In this document: in pieces, positions 7,097 through 14,313 of the stretch
How the letters are laid out: every line of letters starts with the position of its first letter
How positions within the stretch are numbered: the first letter of the stretch is position 1
Assembly: GCA_043732485.1 (NCBI GenBank)
Contig: JAYTHP010000095.1
Span: forward strand, 1 to 14,313
Direction of reading: 5' to 3'
Source: Oligoflexia bacterium
GTDB lineage: Bacteria; Bdellovibrionota; UBA1018
Length of the DNA stretch: 14,313 nucleotides
Notes under the pieces: generated by a model
What the model was told of the DNA's origin: nothing
What the model saw: the letters and a program-made list of their open reading frames with translations, nothing else
The model's database searches: none
Made by a program: the position numbers and the translations under genes

Positions 7097-7867
7097 ATGG
7101 CGACTTATCCCACTGCTCTCCCCAGCGACACTCACCCCTTAGCCACCCACCCTCTCAAGCGCGCTTTTGCAGCCACCCTCGAGCACACTTTACTCAAACC
7201 CACTGCCACCTTATCAGAAATTGACAAAATTTGTCAGGATTCCTTGCGTGAGGGGTTTCGCGGGGTGTGCGTCAACTCGGGCTGGATCGGTGAGGTCGCC
7301 ACCCGCCTGCAGGGCACAGCGTGCTTGAGTATCGCGACCATTGGCTTCCCGCTGGGCACCACTTCACGCGCCCTCAAAGTTCAAGAAGCTTTGGAGGCGG
7401 TGGCGGCAGGGGCGCAAGAAATCGATATGGTGATCGCCCTTGGTCTTTTCAAAATGGGGCACTTTCAAGCCGTGCAAGCGGAAATTGCGGCCGTGGTTCA
7501 GGCGGCAGCCCCGGCCTTAGTGAAAGTGATTATCGAGACCTCTGAGCTGAACCGAAAGGAGCTGACGCAGGCTTGCAAGCTGGTGCAAGACGCGGGGGCC
7601 GCTTTTATTAAGACTTCCACGGGCTTTAGCGCAAAAGGTGCGCAAGCTGAAGACTTGCGCTGGATTCGCGCGCAAGTCGGTCACCACTTAAGAATCAAAG
7701 CTTCAGGTGGCATTCGCTCGTATGCCAGCGCGCTCGAAATGCTTGCTGCCGGGGCAGACACTCTAGGCACGTCGCAAAGCGTGCAACTCCTGCAAGCCCT
7801 TGATGACGATGACCAGCCCAACCCCCAAACACTTTCCCCCTTAACCCAGAGCCCGCCAAAGCCCTAA
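7097..7867 (+). CDS. deoC: Deoxyribose-phosphate aldolase
   Basis: Motifs [38 protein letters not shown], Schiff-base FIKTSTGF and [11 protein letters not shown] 7097 is preferred over TTG 7073; start uncertain. Confidence 0.95.
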   Translation: MATYPTALPSDTHPLATHPLKRAFAATLEHTLLKPTATLSEIDKICQDSLREGFRGVCVNSGWIGEVATRLQGTACLSIATIGFPLGTTSRALKVQEALEAVAAGAQEIDMVIALGLFKMGHFQAVQAEIAAVVQAAAPALVKVIIETSELNRKELTQACKLVQDAGAAFIKTSTGFSAKGAQAEDLRWIRAQVGHHLRIKASGGIRSYASALEMLAAGADTLGTSQSVQLLQALDDDDQPNPQTLSPLTQSPPKP

Positions 7868-7890
7868 GGATAACCCCCTCAAAGGATGCC

Positions 7891-9201
7891 ATGACGAAAC
7901 CCGCAGCAAGCAAGCCCGCTCACCCTCCGTTGCCACTCAAACGCGTTATCTGGATCGTCCTTGACGGCGTTGGGGTCGGGGACTTATCGGAACTCCCTGA
8001 TGCGGAAGACTTCGGCGCAAGCACGCTGAAAAACATCGCCCACACTTTTCAGGCTCAGCAAAAAAGGCCGCTGCATCTGCCCCACTTACAAGCCCTTGGT
8101 TTAGGTAATCTGACTGAGATGGTCGGTATACCGCCACTCAGCCCTACTCAGACGCGCTTTCCGGCCCAGTTAGGCTTAGGCAAAGCTAGACCCAGCTCGC
8201 TAGGGAAGGACACCACTTCTGGCCACTGGGAGCTTGCAGGCTTGCGACTCAGTGAAAACTTTCGCACCTACCCGTTAGGCTTTCCGGCGTCTGCCATTCA
8301 ACAGTGGGTGGAAGAAAACCAGCTCCCAGGCGTTTTAGGGAACTACCCGGCAAGCGGCACGGAGATTATTGAGCATTTAGGCGCAGAACACCTGCGCTCG
8401 GGGAAACCGATCCTTTACACCAGTGGCGACAGCGTCTGGCAAGTGGCGGCGCATCAAACGGCTTTTGGGCTCGATCGGCTTTACCAGATTTGTAAGGCCG
8501 CCAGACCCATTGCTGACGCCTTGCAAATCAGCCGGGTGATTGCCAGGCCCTTTGAGGGTGACCCAGGCTCAGGCACCCCTTTTACGCGCACCTATTTCCG
8601 TAAGGACTTTTCCCAAGACCCCCCCGGCGCTACCTTCTTAAGCTATCTCGCCTCACAAGCGATCCCTAGTCTAGGAATTGGAAAAATATCGAGTATCTTC
8701 AATCATCAAGGCCTGGAAACTAGCCTGGAAACCCAAGGCAATGAAGACGGGATGAGGGTCTTAATGGAGAGTCTTTCCACCTTCTCGCGGGGCGTCATTT
8801 TTTGTAATCTGATTGATTTTGATATGCTTTACGGCCACAGGCGAGATCCCATCGGTTTTGGACTCGCCCTCGAGCGCTTCGATGCTAGCTTAGACCTGCT
8901 CCTGCAAGCGCTCAACCCCGAGCAAGATCTGCTGATCCTCACGGCTGACCACGGCAATGACCCGACCTTCCCTGGTACCGATCACACCCGGGAGTCCATT
9001 CCGGTGATTTGCGTGCAACCCTTAACTGCTGGCAACGCTGGGCAAACGGTCGACCTTGGGACGCGCGCCAGTTTTGCTGACGTCGGCGCCACGGTCTGCC
9101 ACGCCTTAGTAGGCGAGGACCATTGGCGTCAACAGCAAGTACACTTTGCAAAAGTGGGCCTCAGCGGTGAGTCCTGGTGGTCGCAGCTTGCGTCGTCCTA
9201 A
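7891..9201 (+). CDS. deoB: Phosphopentomutase
   Basis: Motifs [56 protein letters not shown] and DHTRE. AAGGA SD upstream. Confidence 0.96.
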   Translation: MTKPAASKPAHPPLPLKRVIWIVLDGVGVGDLSELPDAEDFGASTLKNIAHTFQAQQKRPLHLPHLQALGLGNLTEMVGIPPLSPTQTRFPAQLGLGKARPSSLGKDTTSGHWELAGLRLSENFRTYPLGFPASAIQQWVEENQLPGVLGNYPASGTEIIEHLGAEHLRSGKPILYTSGDSVWQVAAHQTAFGLDRLYQICKAARPIADALQISRVIARPFEGDPGSGTPFTRTYFRKDFSQDPPGATFLSYLASQAIPSLGIGKISSIFNHQGLETSLETQGNEDGMRVLMESLSTFSRGVIFCNLIDFDMLYGHRRDPIGFGLALERFDASLDLLLQALNPEQDLLILTADHGNDPTFPGTDHTRESIPVICVQPLTAGNAGQTVDLGTRASFADVGATVCHALVGEDHWRQQQVHFAKVGLSGESWWSQLASS

Positions 9202-9241
9202 CGCAACTTGCGTCGTCCTAACGCAACTTGCGTCGTCCGAA
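9182..9241. repeat. Tandem repeat, 3 x 20 bp (CGCAACTTGCGTCGTCCTAA), first copy contains the deoB stop
   Basis: Copies at 9182-9201, 9202-9221 and 9222-9241, each within one substitution of consensus. Followed by AAGACAACG x2 (9240-9262). Confidence 0.95.
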
Positions 9242-9453
9242 GACAACGTCCCTAAGACAACGACAGCTGCCTGAGGCAGGCCCCCACGCTGAGGGGGACG
9301 CTGCTCAATCCTAGGGCCAAGCGCAACACATCCTTGACAAAAAAGCTCAGATGAGCGACTTTACAAGCCAAGTTCTGCGCCCCCTCCCCCACTTAGCCCC
9401 GCAAGTCGAGGGCAGAGGACCGCTTGACCCAGAAAGAGAGACCGCAAGCTTCC

Positions 9454-10317
9454 ATGAGCACACTCAAAAAAAACCTGAACCTCCAGCAAAAACTCGACCT
9501 GGTCTTAAAGGTCATTCGCCAGCACAGCCGGCTGCAGCCGAAAATCGGATTAGTCTTAGGATCAGGCCTGGGCGCGTTAGCAGACGCTGTGCAATCGCCG
9601 CAAATCCTACCCTACTCGCAATTACCGTTTTTTCAAGAAACCACCATTCCCGGTCACTCCGGGCGCTTAATTTTGGGGCAATTAAACGGCATCGAGGTGG
9701 CCGTCCTGCAAGGGCGCTTTCACCGCTACGAAGGCCATGACACTGAAGAGGTGGTGTTTCCCACTCGCACGTTAAGCCACTTAGGCATCAAACTGCTGAT
9801 TCTGACGAACGCAGCAGGTGCTATCCGGATGGACTTTCGGCCAGGCGACATGATGGGGCTTACCGACCATCTCAATTTAACCCAAGACAATCCACTCATT
9901 GGCCCCAACGACCCTTACTTTGGACCGCGCTTTTTGGATCTCTCTGAGATCTACTCCCCACCCGCCAGAAAGATCCTGCAAGACACAGCAGCGCAAGAAG
10001 GCATTCCGCTCCACTGGGGAGTTTACGCGGGGGTAAGCGGCCCCACCTATGAAACCCCGGCCGAAGTGCGCATGCTGCGACTGCTAGGCGCCGATGCGGT
10101 GGGTATGTCCACCGTGCACGAAGCGATTGTGGCCAGACACGGAGGGGTAGCGGTGTTAGGGCTAAGCTGTATCACCAATGCCGCCGCGGGATTAACGCAA
10201 GCGCCGATCAGCCACACCGAGGTGGTGAGCCACGCCGTGCAAGGAGGCGAGTTCATGCAACGCCTCTTGCTCCAGGCGCTGCCCGCACTGAACCATCTCG
10301 CCTCCACGCCCCTTTAA
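9454..10317 (+). CDS. punA: Purine-nucleoside phosphorylase, trimeric (PunA/XapA-type) family
   Basis: Motifs LGSGLG, QGRFHRYEG, TNAAG, GPTYETPAE, GADAVGMSTVHE and CITNAAAG. ATG 9454 is preferred over TTG 9424. Confidence 0.93.
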   Translation: MSTLKKNLNLQQKLDLVLKVIRQHSRLQPKIGLVLGSGLGALADAVQSPQILPYSQLPFFQETTIPGHSGRLILGQLNGIEVAVLQGRFHRYEGHDTEEVVFPTRTLSHLGIKLLILTNAAGAIRMDFRPGDMMGLTDHLNLTQDNPLIGPNDPYFGPRFLDLSEIYSPPARKILQDTAAQEGIPLHWGVYAGVSGPTYETPAEVRMLRLLGADAVGMSTVHEAIVARHGGVAVLGLSCITNAAAGLTQAPISHTEVVSHAVQGGEFMQRLLLQALPALNHLASTPL

Positions 10318-10368
10318 ACGCCTGTCCAAACGCCTCGTGAGAAGACGAGACAAAGGAACCCACCACCT

Positions 10369-10848
10369 ATGACGCAAGAAACCCACCTCCCCTCCCTGCC
10401 TCAGTCCCCCCACAACCCCCTACCTGCGGCGCCGCAAGACCGCAAGCTGCAGGAGCTGTTCCTAGCCGCCAAAGAAGCCATGAAAAACGCTTATAGCCCT
10501 TACAGCGGCTTTCGCGTGGGAGCAGCCGTGCGCCTGAGCGATGGAGCGATCTTTGCCGGCTGTAATATCGAAAACGCCTCGTATGGCGCCAGTAACTGTG
10601 CTGAAAGAGTGGCTATTCAAAATGCCTCCAGCCAACGGGGGCAGATCGTCATTGAAGACGTGGTGGTCATTACCGATGCCCCGGTACCGTGGCCTCCTTG
10701 TGGGCTTTGCCGGCAAGTGATTGCCGAATTTGGCCTCAACGCCCGCATTCACCTGGCCAATCTTTCAGGCATTGACCAGTCGCTGGACTTTCAGGAGCTC
10801 TTTCCCCAAAGCTTTAACCCACAGTTTTTAAAAAAAACGCAACCCTAA
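10369..10848 (+). CDS. cdd: Cytidine deaminase, homotetrameric type
   Basis: Motifs AYSPYSGFRVGAA, GCNIENASYG, Zn motifs CAER and PCGLCRQ. AAGGA SD upstream. Confidence 0.95.
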   Translation: MTQETHLPSLPQSPHNPLPAAPQDRKLQELFLAAKEAMKNAYSPYSGFRVGAAVRLSDGAIFAGCNIENASYGASNCAERVAIQNASSQRGQIVIEDVVVITDAPVPWPPCGLCRQVIAEFGLNARIHLANLSGIDQSLDFQELFPQSFNPQFLKKTQP

Positions 10849-10873
10849 GGACTCGACCCTTGTCAACGGTCCT

Positions 10874-10907
10874 CCCCCCCCCCCCTCAGCTCCAACGAGG
10901 GGCTTTT
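10874..10907 (+). terminator. Candidate terminator of the deo operon containing a C12 homopolymer
   Basis: CCCCTC(10882-10887)/GAGGGG(10897-10902) followed by cTTTT. The C run spans 10874-10885. Confidence 0.4.
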
Positions 10908-10962
10908 AAGGGAGCAAGACCCGGTAAGCGATTTAAATTGATAAAAAACTCTGCTTTCTTTC

Positions 10963-10991
10963 TTGACAGCGGAAGACCTTTCAGGCAACGT
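10963..10991 (+). promoter_or_regulatory. Candidate rplU-rpmA promoter TTGACA-N17-CAACGT
   Basis: TTGACA at 10963-10968, 17-nt spacer, CAACGT at 10986-10991, with an AT-rich tract upstream. Confidence 0.45.
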
Positions 10992-11001
10992 CCAACCCCA
11001 T

Positions 11002-11517
11002 ATGTACGCAGTTATTGAAACCGGTGGTAAGCAGTATCGTGTCCAACTCGGAGAGATCGTTCAGGTTGAAAAACTTGAAGGAGAGGTGGGGACTTCAGTT
11101 GAGTTCAATCAGATTCTTTTTTTTAGTCACGAAAAAGAGTCTTCGTCTACTTTTTTGATTGGTCAGCCGGTCTTGAAAGATGCGAAAGTTTCGGCAGAGA
11201 TCATTAGTCAGGGTCGAGGAGAAAAGATCCTGATCATGAAAATGAAACGCCGCAAGCAGTATCGCAGAACCCAGGGACATCGTCAAAATTACACCCAATT
11301 TTTAGTCACAGGCATGGTCAGCGGGACCGGCGTTCAAGAAACGCTAACCGAGGAAATGAAGCAAACTCACCTCAGTCAGTTCCAGACCCACCTCAAGCCC
11401 AAAGGACTGGCTTCTACCCCACGCATCCTAGGTTCAAAAGTGCGACGTGCTAACGCTCTTCTCAAGGCCCATAACGATCAGTCAGCCGCAACGACGAATC
11501 AGCCAGCAGCGCTTTAA
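11002..11517 (+). CDS. rplU: 50S ribosomal protein L21 (bL21) with ~66-aa C-terminal extension
   Basis: Canonical start MYAVIETGGKQYRV at 11002, motif KRRKQYRRTQGHRQ, adjacent to rpmA. Confidence 0.97.
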   Translation: MYAVIETGGKQYRVQLGEIVQVEKLEGEVGTSVEFNQILFFSHEKESSSTFLIGQPVLKDAKVSAEIISQGRGEKILIMKMKRRKQYRRTQGHRQNYTQFLVTGMVSGTGVQETLTEEMKQTHLSQFQTHLKPKGLASTPRILGSKVRRANALLKAHNDQSAATTNQPAAL

Positions 11518-11609
11518 GCGAACGAAAGCGACAGGCTTGCGCTTCTCTTGCGCTTCCAAAGACGAGAAAAAAACTCAAACGGGATTAAAACCGATTAAAG
11601 GATTAAACC

Positions 11610-11888
11610 ATGGCACATAAAAAAGCGGGCGGAAGCTCTAAAAACGGGCGGGACAGTAATCCAAAGATGCGTGGCGTCAAGCGCTACGGTGGACAAAAAG
11701 TCAATATTGGTGAGATTTTAGTCAGACAAGTCGGCACAGTTTTCCATCCAGGAAGAAATGTTGGACTCGGTCGTGACTTCACTCTCTATGCGCTCATTGA
11801 AGGTTACGTGACCTTTGAGCGATACGACCGTAAGCGCAAGCAAGTCTCCGTGTTCGCGCAGAATCCGGCGGCGGTAGTTTCCGCGTAA
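11610..11888 (+). CDS. rpmA: 50S ribosomal protein L27 (bL27)
   Basis: [46 protein letters not shown] upstream. Confidence 0.98.
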   Translation: MAHKKAGGSSKNGRDSNPKMRGVKRYGGQKVNIGEILVRQVGTVFHPGRNVGLGRDFTLYALIEGYVTFERYDRKRKQVSVFAQNPAAVVSA

Positions 11889-11924
11889 GAGCGTAGAGCT
11901 TTTGTTTACAAGCTCTCTGCTCTT
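11887..11924 (+). other. Stem-loop overlapping the rpmA stop codon
   Basis: AAGAGCGTAGAGCTT(11887-11901) pairs with AAGCTCTCTGCTCTT(11910-11924) at 14/15 positions including one G-U. No long U-tract follows. Confidence 0.7.
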
Positions 11925-12168
11925 GATCATACGCAGTCACTCCGCTTGCGAGAGCTGGTTTGAACTCAAGAGTTAAACGAGGTTGTAAAAAAAAGCACCT
12001 CTGTCTTTTTTTCCACTCGTTCCGCAGCAAATTCAGTTGTTTTGAAAAGACGCGGACTTCCTGCAAGAAACCCATGCTTTTTTTTCTATCTTCTCACTCA
12101 TCTGCAGTCGTCTCTGGCACTGATTAGCCCCTGTTGCTGATTCACTTCCCTGCCCAAGGTTGTTACTT

Positions 12169-13263
12169 ATGCGTTTTATTGATGAAGCTGTTATTCAGAT
12201 CGCAGGAGGGCATGGAGGTCCAGGTTGTATTAGTTTTCGCAGGGAGACCTTTGTGCCGCGCGGTGGACCTGACGGTGGCGATGGCGGCGCAGGCGGCAGC
12301 ATCGTCTTTTTAGCATCCTGTCAGCTCGGCAGCTTGCAAGACTTTCGCTTTAAGCGAGTCTACCAAGCACCCGCAGGCCTGCATGGTTCCGGAGCGAATA
12401 AGACCGGCAGACAAGGGCTGGACATTATCATTCAAGTTCCAGTGGGAACAACCCTCATTGACGTAGAGTCTGAAGAAGTGCTGATTGATTTTACTAGCGA
12501 TGGTGAGCGCTGGGTGGCCTGCAAGGGTGGCCGGGGTGGCAAAGGCAACGCGCACTTTGTCAGCTCCACGCATCAGGCGCCCAAATTCGCCCAACCCGGG
12601 GAAGACGGGGAATCGCGCAAGGTCAGGCTGGAGTTAAAATTACTGGCTGACGTCGGCTTGGTGGGTTTCCCCAATGCTGGCAAATCAACCTTGATCTCCA
12701 AGCTGAGTGCCGCCAAGCCAAAAATTGCTGATTATCCGTTCACTACCCTGACGCCACACCTAGGCGTGGTCAATTTGCCGGATTTACGCACTTTCGTGAT
12801 TGCTGACATTCCCGGGCTGATTGAAGGAGCACACCGCGGGGTGGGCTTGGGCCATCGCTTTTTAAAACATTTGGAGCGCACCCGCTTGTTCATCCACCTC
12901 CTGGATGGCTCCCAGGTCTTAGAAGACTTAACCCTGCCGGGACTTTCTGAGAGTGAACTCAAGGCGCAAGCCATAGAGCGGATCTGCACTCGGTATCAGA
13001 CCTTAAGGAACGAGCTAGGGCTCTTTGAGAAAAAACTGCTCGATTACCCAGAAATTTTAGTGCTCCACAAGGTGGATCTCCTCAGCTCGGACCCTGAGTT
13101 TCTCGAGCAACTGCGCCAGGAACTCTTCGCGCTGCTCAGGCGCGAGCGGCAGGTACCGCCGGCTGAGTTTGAGCCGTGCTTGGTCTCAAGCGCGACCGGT
13201 TTGGGCTTAGGTGATCTGATTACCCGCATTGACCGAGCCTTAAATCTTCCCCCTGAGTCCTAA
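12169..13263 (+). CDS. obgE: GTPase Obg/CgtA
   Basis: MRFIDEA start at ATG 12169, Gly-rich GGPDGGDGG Obg fold, G1 GFPNAGKS, G2 YPFTT, G3 DIPG, G5 SSATG. Conserved rplU-rpmA-obg order. Confidence 0.97.
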   Translation: MRFIDEAVIQIAGGHGGPGCISFRRETFVPRGGPDGGDGGAGGSIVFLASCQLGSLQDFRFKRVYQAPAGLHGSGANKTGRQGLDIIIQVPVGTTLIDVESEEVLIDFTSDGERWVACKGGRGGKGNAHFVSSTHQAPKFAQPGEDGESRKVRLELKLLADVGLVGFPNAGKSTLISKLSAAKPKIADYPFTTLTPHLGVVNLPDLRTFVIADIPGLIEGAHRGVGLGHRFLKHLERTRLFIHLLDGSQVLEDLTLPGLSESELKAQAIERICTRYQTLRNELGLFEKKLLDYPEILVLHKVDLLSSDPEFLEQLRQELFALLRRERQVPPAEFEPCLVSSATGLGLGDLITRIDRALNLPPES

Positions 13264-13319
13264 GCTCATCTCTGCAAGACTATTGCCCTGACACTTTGAC
13301 CTTGCTACGCTCAAGAGTT

Positions 13320-14313
13320 ATGAACTGGATTCTTGCGCAGTGGGTGAATCGGCTTAAAAAACGGCTTTTGAAGCTTAGGTGCTCCCAAGCCCTGACGCAC
13401 CACTCCGGTTTGCCGCAAACCCTTACCCTCGTCTTTCTGATCTTGCTCACCCGCTGCACCTTGAAAGCGACTTTCACCGGTCTGGTCGCGCCCACCCTCA
13501 GCTCACCGGGTGCAGTCACCCCCCCCTTGGCGCAATCCAGCGGCAGTAGCAGCTCGCCTTCTGGCAGTCCAAGCCCCGGGAGGGTGCACACACCGGACGA
13601 GGTGTCTTTTCGTCTTTCGCATCCTCAGGTGATCCGGGGGCCGTTTCCTGATGAGTTGGATAGTCCTTTTTTCTTCCTGCGCACCGCCTCAGGCACCGTG
13701 AGGGGCTTTACCTCCAACGCCTCGGTTTACCAGGTGACCGCAGCGAGCTTGAGTGGGCTGGGACCTGCCACCCCGCGCATCCCGGTGCTCACCCCCACGC
13801 CTGCGCCACACTTAAGCTCGCTCAGTCAACTGCCGCTCTCACCGCTTGTTCCCGACTTCTGGTCCAATCCCTCTACTCTCCCCACCACGCTTAATTTCTG
13901 GCTCAACTCGGTGTTCCTGCTTCCGAGCCCCAGCCCCAGCTCGCAAACACCCCCCCTTCTCTTGGGCTTCTTCCATCAAGAAACCCACGACGAGACCTCG
14001 CAAACCTTGAAGACCATGGCGCTTGCTACCTCTACCGAGCAAGGAGAGCATTGGTCTGCGCCCACCACCTTTCTTGCTGGCAGCTACTTGCCACTGAGCG
14101 GCGCCTCAACCGGTGTTGTAGGCGCAGGCGATTGCACCGGAGCGGTTTTAGGGCAAGACGGATTCTTGTATCTCTATTGCCTGGATACTTCCCCGCAATG
14201 GCTGCAGCAAGGCTTGGTGGTGCGAGCCCTTTTAAGTGATCTGATGACCGCACCCCCTGCCGCGCTTTGGAAAAAATGGTACAACGGCAAATGGGAGCAA
14301 CCGGCCTTAGGCG
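13320..14313 (+). CDS. Hypothetical secreted/membrane-anchored protein, possible beta-propeller (3'-truncated by window)
   Basis: My translation from ATG 13320 is open for 331 codons to the window edge. It has a basic N-region, hydrophobic TLTLVFLILLTRC, a Ser/Pro linker, then LLGFFHQE, Asp-box-like STEQGEHW, GAGDC, DGFLYLYC and WKKWYNGKWEQPALG. Missing from the ORF track, probably because no stop is visible. Confidence 0.8.
   Translation, partial: MNWILAQWVNRLKKRLLKLRCSQALTHHSGLPQTLTLVFLILLTRCTLKATFTGLVAPTLSSPGAVTPPLAQSSGSSSSPSGSPSPGRVHTPDEVSFRLSHPQVIRGPFPDELDSPFFFLRTASGTVRGFTSNASVYQVTAASLSGLGPATPRIPVLTPTPAPHLSSLSQLPLSPLVPDFWSNPSTLPTTLNFWLNSVFLLPSPSPSSQTPPLLLGFFHQETHDETSQTLKTMALATSTEQGEHWSAPTTFLAGSYLPLSGASTGVVGAGDCTGAVLGQDGFLYLYCLDTSPQWLQQGLVVRALLSDLMTAPPAALWKKWYNGKWEQPALG

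Noticed and set aside
9182..9262. Palindromic repeats as a mini-CRISPR array
   Set aside because: Units are directly adjacent with no spacers, are only 20 bp, and no cas genes are present.
9334..9362. Internal promoter at TTGACA 9334 (similarly TTGACA 7054)
   Set aside because: No credible -10 hexamer at 16-18 nt spacing.
10963..11001. N-terminal extension of bL21 from TTG 10963
   Set aside because: That TTG is part of the TTGACA hexamer; the canonical MYAVI start is at 11002.
11518..11609. Absence of prp/ysxB between rplU and rpmA
   Set aside because: Expected, because this bL27 starts MAHKK with no cleavable N-terminal extension.
12115..12128. Sigma54 promoter before obgE (TGGCAC...TAGC)
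   Set aside because: GG to GC spacing is 9 nt rather than the required 10.

Overview
Bacterial chromosomal housekeeping region. Gene style suggests a Bdellovibrionota/deltaproteobacteria-like lineage, but this is inference only. The minus strand carries an unusually large RNase E/G-family gene (~355-aa disordered insert inside the S1 domain plus a ~270-aa disordered C-tail) followed by prmA. After a ~1.6-kb divergent gap with no convincing ORF, the plus strand carries a nucleoside-salvage operon (deoC-deoB-punA-cdd), then rplU (C-terminally extended)-rpmA-obgE, and a secreted/lipoprotein-like ORF that runs off the window end and is absent from the ORF track. No mobile element, CRISPR array, tRNA or rRNA was seen. 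The most interesting signals are non-coding: a ~257-nt end-paired structured RNA candidate with 6S-like motifs (161-417), a two-state riboswitch-like structure in the deoC operon leader (6898-7024), a hairpin cluster upstream of rne (5739-5963), a repeated TTGACA-N17-SAACGT promoter pattern, and tandem micro-duplications at gene 3' ends. All RNA structures were derived by eye, not computed.
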